64,000 bases of DNA, from NCBI GenBank assembly GCA_973895155.1, contig OZ316892.1:4424510-4488509 (forward strand), read 5' to 3'. The position numbers and the translations under genes are program-made. The notes below the pieces were generated by a model. The model had not been told where the DNA came from, made no database searches, and worked only from the letters and a program-made list of their open reading frames with translations. Below, piece after piece: positions 1 to 12,947 of this stretch. This DNA is from Marsupella aquatica. Lineage: Eukaryota > Plantae > Marchantiophyta. Position 1 is the stretch's first letter, and each line of letters begins with the position of its first letter.

Positions 1-118
1 TTGATTTTGATTTTGGCTTTCAGTATTGGACTCCTAGCTTCGTGGGCTACGCGGTGGTGTTGAGTTTTGAGTTTTGTGAGAAGTTTCAAAAAAAGACGTT
101 TTTTCGTGATTGTTTCAT

Positions 119-3100
119 ATGAGTGACTCGGAGGATACTGGAAGAATTGGCGTCGGTGGAGCTTCAGGATTGCGACGGTCAGACGGTGAGTCTGAGGAGG
201 AGCTGCTACCATTTGAGGAGGAACTTGAGGCACCGGTACGATCACCGGTGCGGCGTGCAGTGGAGGAAGCTGTGTTACTACCAGAGCTGTTGGTAGTGGG
301 GAAAAAAAGGGAGATGGCTAGATTTGGAGGAGTTAAGTTTGAGGTAGAGAAGTACGATGGTCGTACTGATTACTTGTTGTGGGAGAAGCAAGTGAAGGGT
401 GTTCTACGGGCCATGGGATTAGCTCATCTGCTCTCTTCGCGAGAGCAGTATGATGGAGAGGAGGAGATTTTTGTGAGACAGTGGAGACAGGAGCAGGTGA
501 TTGTTGTCAACGCAATGATGCTATATCTCAAGCCGCGCATCATCAAGCAGCTGGATGATTATGCGGATTGCGCGTCACTGTTCAAGGCTCTTAGAGAGAA
601 GTACTACCGGGAAGATGCGTCAGACCGGCTGTACAAGAAGTCTCTCTTGATGAGCCTCAGGCTCAAGGAAGGGAGCAAGATGCAGGATCATCTGGATGAG
701 TTTGACAATCTAGCGGTGGACTTGTCAAACCTGGGTAAGGGAGTTGAAGATGAGAATAAGGCCTTGCTTCTGCTAAGCTCCTTACCGTCGTCATATCAGG
801 GCTTGAAATAGGTGCTCTTGTATAGATATCTGAAGTCAATTTCGTATAATGAGGTGGTGAGCTCTTTATTGTCTGATGATGCTCAGAAGAAGCTGGGTCA
901 ATCACAGACAGCATCTTCTTCTGGCACTGCGTTCAATGTGAAGAGGGGAAGAGCAGCGCAGCGCACGAATGGGCAGAACAAGTTTAGATCTACATCACGG
1001 GGAGATCTAAATCCAGAGGGAAATCGCAAGAGAGGAAGCCTCTTGCATGTTGGAATTGTGGCAAGCCTGGCCACATGAAAAGGGATTGTCGAGTAAAGGT
1101 CCCTACTGCATCTGCTAACGCGGCATCGAGCTCGCATGAGGTAGATTTACTCGATGATGATGACATATTGTGATGCCAAGGTTATGCTCTCAACGTAGTG
1201 TCAAATCCAGGTAGTGATGACTGGATTCTAGATAGTGCATATACTTTTCACATTTGCTCTAGGAGAGATGTTTTCAGTTCTTACACAGTTTCCAATGGGT
1301 CAGTGTTGATGGGAAATGGAATCCCATGTCAAGTTGTTGGATTTGGATCTGTAACATTTCAGATGTTTGATGGTGTTGTAAGAACGTTGAAGAATGTGAG
1401 ACACATTCCCAGCATGATGAAAAATCTCATTTCACTTGGAGTTTTAGAAGCAAATGGCCATCAGTGGAGTTCTGCTAATGGTGTCCTTCAGGTTTCAACT
1501 GGTACTAAAGTTGTATTGAAGGGAAAGAGACATTGCAATCTATACGTTTTGGAGGGCAGTGTAGTATGTGATGAAGCCAATGTAACCTTATCTCATGAGG
1601 AGACGCCCCGGCTGTGGCACTTCCGTTTGGGCCACATGAGTGAAAAAAGTTTGGTTATTCTTCAAAAGAAAGGATTACTTTCTAATTTGCAATCTTGTAA
1701 GTTTGAATTTTGTGAGCATTGTGTGCTAGGGAAGCAGCACAGGAAACCCTTCGGAGTTGGAACTCACACCAGCAAGGAGGTACTTGAGTATGTACATAGT
1801 GATGTGTGGGGTCCAGCCCCTACTCCCTCACATTCTGGACGGTTATACTATGTCATGTTCATAGACGATTACTCAAGGTATGTGTGGATATACTTTCTAC
1901 ACAATAAGTCTGATGTTTTTGCCACTTTTAAGGAGTGGAAAACCCAAGTAGAGAATCAGACTGGTAATAAGGTGAGATATCTTCGATCGGATAACGGCGG
2001 TGAATACAATTCTGGGGAATTTGGAACATATTGTAAGGAGCAGGGGATTACCCGTCATCTCACAACAAGTTATACTCCTCAGTAGAATGGTGTTTCTGAG
2101 AGACTCAACCGAACACTATTGGACCGCTCGAGGAGTATGTTGAGTCAATCATGCTTACCACATGAGTTTTGGGCTGAAGCTATCAACACTGCAGCTTATT
2201 TGGTAAATTTTTCTCCATCCAGTTCTATTGGATTCAAGACGCCATTTGAAATGAGGTACGGGCGTCCAACAGATTACTCACATCTGAGGATTTTTGGATG
2301 TGATGCTTATGTGCTTACACCTTCCCAGCTTCAATCCAAGCTGGAGTCCAAGTCGAAGAAGTGCATTTTCCTTGGCTATCAGAAAGGTGTGAAGGGTTAT
2401 AGGTTATGGGATCCAGTAACCTGTAAACTAATTGTCAGTAGAGATGTGTCCTTTAATGAATCCAGATCATCAAAGGAGGGGGAGAGTTCTCAGGACTCCC
2501 ATACTGAAAATGGGAAATCTCCCATCCCGGACCGGGTTGAGGGGGAGATTAGTCATGATGTTGTTCATGACAGGAGAGATAGAGAAGCTCCGGGCTTGGA
2601 GCTGGTTCTTGTAATGGAACAAGAGGAGCAGATTGTTGCTGGGGTACCTCAAATTCAACCAGCAACAGCAGATCAGCCTGAGTCATCTACTAGAAGAACT
2701 TCCAGTCGTTCTACTAGAGCTACTACCAGGTATGGTCAATGGGCAGACTCATCTAAACTAGATGATATTGACATTGCACCTGAAGATGATGACATGGTTT
2801 TGATCTTGGAAGAAGGAGAACCTTCTTCGTACAGTGAGGCTTGTGCTTCAGAGCAGAAGCATGAGTGGAATGCAGCAATGCAGAGGGAATTGCAATCTTT
2901 GAATGACAACAAGACATGGGAGCTGGTGGAGCTTCCAAGAGGTCAACAAGTGGTGAACATCAAGTGGATTTACAAGTTGAAGGACAGTCCTTCAGAGGGT
3001 GGAGATAAGATCTACAAGACAAGGCTTGTTGCCAAGGGGTTCACTCAAGAGAAAGGAGTGGACTACAATGAGGTCTTTTCACCGGTGGCTAAGTATTCCA

Positions 3101-4385
3101 CAATACGGATCTTGTGTCAGCTTGTTGTGTTTTTTAATTTGGTGATGGATCAGATGGATGTTGTTACTGCTTTTCTCTATGGCAACTTAGAAGAGTTGAT
3201 CTTCATGAGACAGTCACTAGGCTTTATGAAGAAGGGCCAAGAGAACTTAGTTTGCAGATTGCTCAAGTCCTTGTATGGATTGAAGCAGTCTCCCAGACAG
3301 TGGAACAAGCGGTTTGATGATTTCATGCTTGCTCAAGGTTTTACAAGGATGGTGTATGATCCTTGTGTGTATACGAAATCAGTCAAGAATGATGTATTTG
3401 GTTTCATCATTCTGGTGATCTATGTGGATGACATGCTGATTGTGGCTAAAGATCAATCTGAGGTTGACAGTCTCAAGGCGAAATTGAGTGCTGAATTCAG
3501 GATGAAGGATCTTGGTAAGGCCAAGAGAATCTTAGGGATGGAGATTTTTAGGAACTCTGAGACTGGACAGTTGTGCTTGAGTCAAGGCCAGTATGCGAGG
3601 AAAATACTTGCACGATTCAACATGGAAAACTGTAAGCCAGTTAGTATTCCTTTAGCTTCACATTTCAAGTTATCATCGTCTTTCTCTCCTACAGATGTTG
3701 TGGAGAAAGGTCTGATGGCTAAGATTCCTTATGAGAAGGCGGCAGTCTGATGTATTTGATGACTTGTACTAGGCCTGACTTGGCCCTAGCAATGGGCAAG
3801 GTTAGCAGATTCATGTCAAATCCAGGGAAGGTACATTGGGAAGCTGTGAAATGGATTCTCAGGTATGTGAAGGGAACACAGGACTATGGATTACTATTTG
3901 ATAACAGATCAGATAGAACGTTAGTTGGCTATGTAGATTTTGACTATGGAGGCTGTCTGGATACAAGGAGGTCTACAACTGGGTTTGTATACACTCTTGG
4001 AGGAGGATGTATCAGTTGGAAATCTACCTTGCAGAAGTGCATTTCTCAGTCTACTACAGAAGCAGAGTATGTTGCAGCAGCAGAAGCAGCAAAGGAAGCA
4101 ATTTGGTTGGATAAGTTGATCGCGGAGATGGGTTTAGAGCATGGCAAAATGACTCTAAACTGTGATAGTCATAGTGCTATTCACTTGGCTGCTAACCAGG
4201 TGATGGATAGCAGGGTGAAGCACATTGATATCAAGTACCATTTTATCAGGCAAGCAGTGTCTGATAAAACTTTTGAGCTAGTCAAGATTGATGGAAAGCT
4301 CAATCCCGTTGATACCTTTACCAAAGTGATTCCTTTGGAGAGTTTCTCAAGACACCTTGCTACTTTGCAGGTTTTGCAGTTGTAG
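119..4385 (+). pseudogene. copia gag-pol polyprotein, disrupted
   Basis: In-frame stops at 809-811 (TAG), 1171-1173 (TGA) and 2083-2085 (TAG in PQ*NG). Frameshifts near 1030-1047 and ~3745-3750. Start may be ATG 119 or ATG 314. Confidence 0.93.
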
Positions 4386-4547
4386 TGCAAGTAGAGTTAT
4401 TTAGCAATGTGTGACTATTTGTATATGGATTACTCATTCCTGTATGACTACGGCTTTTTAGGGGGAGACCTGGTCTGGTGATTGTCTAGAACTTCCCGCT
4501 GAGGATTCCATATGGTAGCATTTAGTCCAGTCCCCAAGACAAGAGTC

Positions 4548-4556
4548 AAGGGGGAG
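4548..4556 (+). other. Polypurine tract of the copia element
   Basis: AAGGGGGAG lies 2 nt before TGTTAG (LTR start). Confidence 0.9.
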
Positions 4557-4558
4557 TT

Positions 4559-4894
4559 TGTTAGATATTTCTCTAGTCTTGTGACTCATGAGCTAACTAC
4601 AGTTAGGCTAACTTGGGTTAGGACTTAGCTAATGTTAGCGGTAGTGCTATTGTGTATATAGCCAGGGCTGATGCCAGACCCTGGTGGAACTTAGGCTCAT
4701 TGTTACGGAGCTAGTTGAGAGATAGGGAGAGCTTGTGCTGTGGATGCTTAGTATGGCCGGTCGGCCTAGAGTGCTCTTGTGTGTTCCCGTGGACGTAGCC
4801 TCATGTGGAGGTGAACCACATATCTCTCTGTGTCGACTATTGTGCGTTGGATGGTTCATGGGCTTGCCGTTACGAATGTCGTCTATGCTCAACA
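4559..4894 (+). repeat. 3' LTR of the copia element (~336 bp; end could be 4897)
   Basis: Starts TGTT right after the PPT and ends AACA. Contains TATATAT and the copia-LTR-like GTGGACGTAG...GTGAACCAC motif. Composition changes abruptly after it. Confidence 0.8.
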
Positions 4895-4897
4895 ACA

Positions 4898-5614
4898 CCT
4901 TTTTATATTTATAAATGTGTCATGGTTTTGTGTATGGACAACAAGTTCATCTGGAAAATTAGACATTGGTTGTCTATCCCAAATTGCATGGCTAAGGGTC
5001 AGGATCATGGAGAAGGGTAGTTTGATTTCTCCAATTTTAAATATTTTGCCACTAAAGATGTTCTAATTTTAAATATTGTCACATTTTTTATATTTACAAT
5101 TGTGTCACCAATTTGTACAGAGACAACAAGTTCACCAAGAGTATTAGACATGGCTGCCTCTCCAGAACTGCAGAGCTCGGGGTGACAATCATGGAGCAAA
5201 GTAATTTTATTTTTCAACTTTCAAGTATTTTGCCACTTAAGATATTTTCATTGACAATATTGTCACTGTCACTTCTTTTTATATTTACAAAGGTGCCACT
5301 GTTTTTTATGTGGACAACAAGTTCATCATAAGTATTAGACATTGGCTGTCGCTCCAGAATTGCAGAACTATGGGTGACAATCATGGAGCAGGGTGATTTG
5401 ATTTTTCAATTTTTAAGTGTTTTGTCACTAAAGATGTTCTAATTAACAATGTTGTCACAATTTTTTAATATTACAAATGTTTGAGGAATTTGTATATATA
5501 GACTACAATTCATCAACATAACCAGGGAAACTATATTATACTAAAAGTGTAGCATAGATGTAAATACAATAAAACACTAACAGAGCTGTACATTTGAACA
5601 TCTTTAGTGACAAC
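4898..5614. repeat. ~188-bp degenerate tandem array (3+ units) ending in an inverted copy
   Basis: GACAACAAGTTCA recurs at ~4937, 5122, 5313 (variant at 5501). TTGTCACTAAAGATGTTC (5422-5439) has an inverted copy at ~5596-5613. Confidence 0.85.
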
Positions 5615-5629
5615 TTAAAGGCTGTTTTA

Positions 5630-5860
5630 TTTTAAAGGTTTTTTTTTCATTTTGGCGAGGGTGAAAAATCAGTTTGTGAGAATGAGAAGATACTAAGAAT
5701 TTCATATTAAAGATTTTTTCATTTTGGCCGGGGTGACAAATGGCACTTTATGTGAGGGAGACAATGCTAAGAATTTAATTTTTAAGGTTTTCTTTTCTTT
5801 TCTTTTTTGGCAAGGTAGATGAATGTCACTTTGTGTGGAGGAGAAAATGCTAAAAGATTC
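5630..5860. repeat. ~75-bp degenerate tandem repeat (x3)
   Basis: TTTTTCATTTTGGC..GGGTGA..CACTTTGTG..GAGA..ATGCTAAGAATTT repeated three times with variation. Confidence 0.7.
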
Positions 5861-8055
5861 CTTATCTAATTGTCCTAGGCTAAATTATGACTGTTATATC
5901 TCCCTGGGTGTAAGAGTAACTGTCAGATTCCAGCTAATGGAGTCTATGGGTAGGTGGGAAAGTGGCTAAAGCTTTCAGTGAGGTGGATTTGGAGGATTTT
6001 TGCCACTAAAAAAAAGGCTTGCATGGAGAGACAGGTGAGACCACAATAACAACTCACAGATCAACTCCCATTGGAAATATCATTGTTTTTAGTGTCTACC
6101 TTGAATGCACTTATGGTCCGTGATGCTTTGGGCAGATCTCTTAATGCCTCTGGAAGAAGCTCAGATACAAATGCACACTTAAATTTGCATGCAATGGCAC
6201 TTTACACTTCAGTTCCACAATGACAGTAAACTTGCATTTGACCAGTAATAGAAGTTGTTCAATGGATTTCTTGAATATGTTGTCCATCCAATGGCATCCA
6301 TACTCATACAACTGACTCTTCATGGTCAAGTATCTTGGAGTATCGTGATAAAATAAAGTTTCAGTGTTTATCCAAGTAGCATTGTCCAACATTTGTTTCC
6401 AATGGGCAGGTTTTCAACTACCTAACATTCCAAAAGTAAGAAAAATATAATTGGGCTCCAAGCACTCTAGAGACATGTCACAAGGGCATTGTCCTGAATA
6501 ACAGCTTGAGAGCACGCTTGCTGCAAGTGATTTTATAGGGACATGCCTGGCCTGCCTCAAGCTTTGTTGAGAACAATATTCTCAAGAGAGGGTTTTACAA
6601 TAAGCATTATATACGTTTGGATCCTAGTAAAACTTTGAGAATGCTCATCCGGATGCAGATAGTTGTGCCTAGGTCACTAGGACCTTTTAGGGCTAGGCAC
6701 AAATGGATCGCTCAGTCGTCAATTCCAACAATGTTGCAGCTCTTGAGAAGGCTACCATATGCAAGAGCTTTGGATGCAAGGCAGCATGTGCAACTTACCC
6801 CATCTCTATGCAATTATAAAAGAGCTACAAGAAGCCCTTTCGTCGTCACGGGCCACACTGAAGTAGGGCTATCACCCTATTCATTAAAAGTGTATTTTAT
6901 TTTGTTCATTTTTAGGTCTTGAAATGTACACATTTTGGTCTCTAAATTTCACCCCAAAAGGTACATTATAGTACAATATTCTACACCTAAATGGTCAATT
7001 GTAAACTTGAGGGGGCAAAAATTATCTTTACTAGAAGGAGCCTCATCCTAGTTCATTTGCAAAGAATGAACATGGTGGTATGTCTGATGGTCATCATTTT
7101 TATTTCTTGCCCAAACGTACACTTTTTGAAAGCCAAATGTACACATTTTATTGCCCAAATGTTCATAAACCGAATAGTAATTCACTTTTAATGAATAGAT
7201 TGAGCTTGCCTTTGTTTGGTGCCCATGAGGCCTCAATGACCTCTGTGTCTCCACAACTGGCACTCTCCAGTTCAAAAATTTTGTTGCCAATCAGGCTGCC
7301 AATGCAATTACTTAGTTGTAGTCTATTCTGAATGGAGACACATAGGCTTTGCTCTATGGCACCAACATGGAGGAGGTAAAAGAGCTGACTGGGTATGACT
7401 GGGTGGTAGCGTACACATTCCATGAGGATGAGAATGGGGAGGTGGTGTTTGAAATCAGAAAAACTTAGAGGTGGTAAAACACAAGGGTCTGCCCTAGGAA
7501 GATTTGGAGATGGTTGCCACTCATTCCTTGCAACAGCTTTGCCAAGGCTTTATCTCTATGATTTTGTAAGATATTGAGTCCAATGCATGTTTGGTATCAG
7601 CAGAGATCCTTGTCCATGCTCAAAACGGGCCAAAATAGCTTGAGAGATCTTGAAACAATCTTCCCATTGCTAAGGTGATGGAACATTGTGCAAACTCTAA
7701 CCAGTTGAAACTGCACTTTGCAGCATTTATGTTGGGTTTGCTTTGAAATTAAGCTTTCACAATTTGTTGGTGTGACATTCAATCTAAACGTACATCTCAT
7801 TGTGTGCTCAAAGCTTTGCACAATTCTTGATGGAATATGTATAACAATGTAAATGGCTGTTTTACTGAGAAAATCACTTCAGGCTTTATATCAAAGAGCC
7901 AAGTAAAAACAAACTCAGAACGGTACACATGGCATACTGTTTGATTATAATTTCTCATCAGTATAATTTCTCTAGCCTATGAAACTCTCTGTTAGGATCT
8001 TCACAACCAATTTGAGTTCTAACAAATTCAGGCTAAAAGAGGAGGCCAACGAAGC

Positions 8056-8342
8056 CTCGGGGGGTTAACTAAATGTATATTTTGGGGTACCACATGCGAT
8101 CCTAGCCTAATATAAATAGACCTATTTTATAAAGAAAATATTCCAAGAATATTCTCTATTTTCAATATTAATAACCTATTTTGCTTTATAAAAGGTATAT
8201 ATTAGAGAATATTTTATAAACATGAGTTTATAATACCTTCTTTTGCCTCCTACGCTTTTTAAAAATTTAGTTAAGTTCTATCCAAAATACCTATTTTGGA
8301 TCGCACGTGGTTCCTAAGATTTTTTATAGTCAACCCCCCGAG
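8056..8342. mobile_element. Non-autonomous TIR element (MITE), 287 bp, 8-bp TSD
   Basis: TIRs CTCGGGGGGTTAACTA / TAGTCAACCCCCCGAG, plus inner ACCACATGCGATCC / GGATCGCACGTGGT. Flanks AACGAAGC (8048-8055) and AATGAAGC (8343-8350). AT-rich interior. Confidence 0.88.
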
Positions 8343-11300
8343 AATGAAGCGCTTTAATTGGTCTAAGTGTTGGATATAGATGGAGATGAGAACTCTCATG
8401 CATACTGGATGCTTACAGATTGGCATCCCCTGAGGCTCAATGTTTTAATGACAAAAGTTTGTTAGGGGAAGTTGTTAGAGCTCAGTTTTTCTGTAAAGAT
8501 CCCAATGAGAGAGTTGAGCAAGGTGTTGACAAAGAGCAAAGCATCAGGAAGATAACAACCACATATATTCACTAAACGCTACACCATCTGCTGCAAAATT
8601 TGTGTGTGAGTGGAATGGCAAGACTCAAATATCCTACTATTACTTGAAGAAAACTTCAAAGGAGATAAAAATTGCAACGAGAACAAAAGAATGAGCTCAA
8701 GCAAATGAAGGCACTCCTTGTTATGCAACTAAGGCTTGTTGTACAGACAAGGCGTTGATAGTTTGTACCTACAATTAAGGCTAGGATCATGGGGTATATG
8801 ACTTTTGTATGTTGGGATTCCTACCTCTTCACATCTCATGACAACTCACATGTGACCAATGTTTGCCCTCCAATGCCACATGTGAGTTGCATAAAAGGAA
8901 AGACTGATCATAGAAAGAAGTGAAGGGGGATGCAAAAAAGTTTGATGCATGTTAAATTGGACATGCATTTGACAAAGAGGTTGAGCCACACTTCGGGGAA
9001 AATTTGCAAGGACTGATTTATCAATAAAGAGGACATTTAGAAGACAATGTAAAAATGGAGGCACAAATGAAGTCACTACCCAAAATTAAATGATCGAGGT
9101 AATGTGCAAAAACAGGAATCAAGATAGCCTAATGCCATTTTAGTATTGGAGAGAGCTATCTAGGGCTCCAGATTTCTCCAATGTAGCCCCCTTATTAACA
9201 CCTAGGTCCTTCCAATCTAGATTGTCCTTTGTCAGGCAACAAATCCAGTGAGATCAATCGGGGATTTGCATACGCCTAGAGTTTATCCAACTTGTCGTGC
9301 GCATACACATCGCTACACAACATACATCGCTTGTCACACATATCCAAGCATAGTCGCAATCCAACAAAACACACATAAGAGAATGAACTACAAATGGAAC
9401 CTATGTCCATACATGCCCAAAACCCACAATCCACACATGTATGTCAAGCCCAACGCACCTTGTGCTTCAAGGAATCCACGTTACATGCACACAACCTGGT
9501 CAGCCACACCATAGCCACCAAGCTCATGCTCAAAGGCTCAACATTGAAAGATATTTTAGTTGGCAATTTTGATGTCGTGGGCCTTGTTATTAGTTTGCCG
9601 CGTGAGCATGCAGTGCATGGGTGCTCACTAGAATGTGGCGTGTATTGATTGGAATGCCTCTTGAATTCTTAATGATTTTGGTTAGCATTGATTAGCCGGG
9701 GTGGCCGAGGCGTGCATGCCAAAGCGCATGCAATTCGCTTGTGTTGGTATTGTTATGCAGGCATTCAATATGAGTTACATAAAACCCGCAAGGATACGAG
9801 AAAAGGGTTTCTTTAATGATTTTCCCCGTAGGGGTATTTTCAACCAAGTGGATGACTTCTTGGTCTCTTGTATCGCCTGTTTGGACATGTAGTCCGTTTG
9901 CTCGTATATCTCTAAAGCTGAGGAGATTACGAGTTGCATTCGGGGCGAAAATAGCAACCGCATTTTCCAGAAGAGTTATCCTGCTCTTTTTGAAAACCGG
10001 TGGAGTAAAACGTTTTATACTGCACTGCTGTCATGTTGTGAAGGGAAATCCTACTTATGAACCAGAATTCTATGCCCACAACAGACATAGAGCATTCGAT
10101 GAGATTCAGGATGTGATTGACCAGCTGGACAATCCTCTTGCCACCAAGTTTTTCATTGACACTGGTGGGAAGTTATATTCATACAGGACTCGTCAACTCC
10201 CCCCTCGGCCTCTGTGTGCGTTATTTAGGTTAGTTTATGTATCTTGTTTATGGACAAATGTCCTTGACAATGGTGAGATGTGTCAGTGTTGCACAAATGC
10301 CTGTTGTGATGTTCCGTCACACCGCTATTCAGTAGCTGTAGTTAATCCTGAGACCGGTGCCACAAATTTTCATTGGCTGTGGGCCTATGATCATAGGATC
10401 ACTCATATACCCCACTGGCCCAAGAAGCATATCTCTAGCTTCGTTGTAGCGCGGTTTAATCTTGGGTGGGATGATTGATTAGGCACATTATCACATGTAC
10501 ACTCGACCGTCAATTTAAAGAAGGCTCACTTCTGGTTTGAACCACTTTTGCGATAATCTTATCGGTCCTGTGCATTGCGGGTCTCTTGTCCTCATGTGTT
10601 ATGAGATGTCGTGTCCACATGTGCTGTGAGATTGGAGCGATAATTTTATCGCTCTTTGCATTGGAATTGTTTATTTGCAAACTTTGCTATGGCTGCTAGT
10701 GGAAAGAGTGGATCTGCCAAGGCCGAGAGTCTCATGACAAGCCTCACCAATGCAATTTGGACGAGTGAAGACATTTGTGAAGAGGTCAAGTGTATCAAGA
10801 AGCCATGGTACTTCCGTGACGCCAGATTATAGTCCATGGGTTTTGAAGATTGTCCTACCCCAATCCTTTGGGTCCAGTTGCAAAAATCGGCAAAGGTTAA
10901 TGTTTCGTATGGCCCAATGATTGCTGTGGCCGTTGTCGAGTTCATTGTTGGCCACGGGGAGGGAAAAGTGTTGACAGAGGGCCTTAGTTTCTTGACAATG
11001 TGTGGGCGCAAGGGTTTCACATCTGTCATTGTTACTCTAGAAAACTTTGATGAGAAATCGATTAACAATTATCCAGAGGATCCCCTTGTCGCCGAAGTTC
11101 GGACAGCAAGAGAGATGAATGTTATGGGTTCGGCTTGGGTGTGCTAGTATGTCGGACCAAGAGGCAACGGAGTGTTGTATAGGACATTATGACCAAAAAA
11201 ACTGTTAGTTCATCTATGTATATACCAATATTGACGCTCAAAACTATTGTGCATGATGTCAAAACTATATAAAGATTATAACACAAAAATTTATTCACCC

Positions 11301-11968
11301 TAAACGTCATGCTCAAACTAACTTAAATTATATTGAATTGTACTTTGATTTGGATGTCTAGTAGTAACAAACTATCAATAAAGGAGCACATCATGTCAAG
11401 GGTTCTATGCATTGTCACGTCGTCAGCTTAGTCTTTAAGCCAGTTTACGGCTAAGAGAGACATCTCCTTCGTTAGAATTTGGGTTCAGGTAGGGAGGGAC
11501 GTACAGAGTGCCTGTATTTCTCATAAACTAGCGCTAAGGACGCATATATTTCTTTACGAGCAATCTTAGGTATACTTTCTGTTCGTCGACACGGGGTCGA
11601 CCCCGACTTACGGACTTCTAAGCCTTTGTGTTACCGCCTTCGATCCGGGTCCATTAGTACCAGTGCTCAGCCTGCACGGTCCCAGAGTGGCCGAGTAAAG
11701 AAAAAGGAAAAAAAAACCCCACTGGTCCAGGGAAAGGACTACTGTGGTGTGGTGGGGTGGGGTGATAATGCATATTATTATTATGCCTCACCGAAAAGAG
11801 TACAGTGATGTAATAGTAGCCTTTTGGACGTTTAGTAGCCTCTTGCGCTTTGCCTTTTGAAATGTGTGAGCCGTCCCATACGACCCTTCACAGTTCCACC
11901 ATCGAGGCCTCGAGGGTACATTGAGGTCGAGGTCCATGAGACCATGATCTCATCTCATCTCTCATAAT

Positions 11969-11979
11969 TATATATAAAA
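11969..11979 (+). promoter_or_regulatory. Candidate TATA box of the PADRE-like gene
   Basis: TATATATAAAA followed by a CT-rich, 5'UTR-like region. Confidence 0.5.
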
Positions 11980-12065
11980 CAGGTGCGCATTGGAGTTGTT
12001 CACTAGAGAGTTTATCAGCCTCGTCTTTCTTCCTGATTGTCTCGCTCTCCCTGCGTGATTGACGC

Positions 12066-12229
12066 GAGCTCTCTCTCACAGCTTCTGGAGAAAAGCACGC
12101 AAATTGCTGCCATCGTTCTCCGAGCTATCTCTCAGCTTCTGGAGAAAAACACCCAACTGCTGCCATCGTTCTCGGAGCTCTCTCTCAGCTTCTGGAGAAA
12201 AACACGCAACTGCTGCCATCGTTCTCCGA
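12066..12229. repeat. 52-56-bp tandem repeat x3 (probably in the 5' UTR)
   Basis: GAGCTCTCTCTCAGCTTCTGGAGAAAACACGCAACTGCTGCCATCGTTCTCC, three near-identical copies. Confidence 0.93.
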
Positions 12230-12947
12230 GTTGTTGGTCGGAGGAGTGGAAAGAGCAAGGGGAGGGAGAAGGACAAATTCGTGATTGGTTTTGATTTCAT
12301 CGACCTGTTCTGTTGTAAATCTGTTGGGATTGATATTTTTTTCAGCTTTTCAGCGATTGACATTAGCTATTGCGCTCAGCCAGTCGCGCTGTTGGAAGGA
12401 GCAGGAAGGGAAATAAACCATGCCATCCTTCACCTGGTGTGTCGACTTCCCTAGACGAGTAGACGCGTGCATCAGCTGCTACTGTAGCTTGTTGAATCGT
12501 GCTACGGATAACAACCTGTTTTTTTTGAATCGGTCGAGGATTTGAATAGCGGGTAGCAGGGCAGCAGCTTGAGCGAGCAGGCTGGCATGCAGGAAGGAAA
12601 TCGGTTGAGATTTATATGCAACGGAGGAGCAGTGTTCTACAATAGTTCAAGAGAAAAGCGGTTGGATTGTGGAGGGGCAGCAGCGTCCTCCTCCTCGTGC
12701 GGAACACATTTTGGGAACGCCCATTGAGGAACAAAGCTATTCTTCATCACAGGAGCTGCAGAATCCGTGCTTCTGAAACTGCGGAAGGTTGGAGGATAGG
12801 TTCACAATCCGGTTCGGCTTAAGTAGACATCTGAAGCTTCCGGCTGTTTTGCTCTTTGTATTTGGTTCAGGGACAGGAGGGGAGTGAGTGAAGAATTGCA
12901 TTAGAGCGAGTCCTTGAGCAGTTGATCGAGAACGACGGAGGAACATC

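Larger units (their letters stand above)
1..4894 (+). mobile_element. Ty1/copia LTR retrotransposon (Tnt1/Tork-like), decayed; 5' LTR lies outside the window
   Basis: Domain order gag (KFEVEKYDG..YLLWEKQV, UBN2-like) - zinc knuckle CWNCGKPGHMKRDC (1048-1089) - protease WILDSA - integrase (WHFRLGH..CEHC, VHSDVWG, LRSDNGGE, NGVSERLNRTL) - RT (LVAKG, QMDVVTAFLYG, LYGLKQSPRQW, YVDDML) - RNase H (TEAEY, CDSHSAI, KHIDIKYHF), followed by PPT and LTR. Confidence 0.97.

Noticed and set aside
6060-9120. Possible transposase or PHD-finger relics (e.g. VYCHC on the minus strand near 6220; Cys-rich frames at 8600-8900)
   Set aside because: Too many stops and frameshifts and no diagnostic motif; cannot be supported without a search.
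12037-12454. Overlapping short ORFs
   Set aside because: Produced by the 52-56-bp tandem repeat in a probable 5' UTR.
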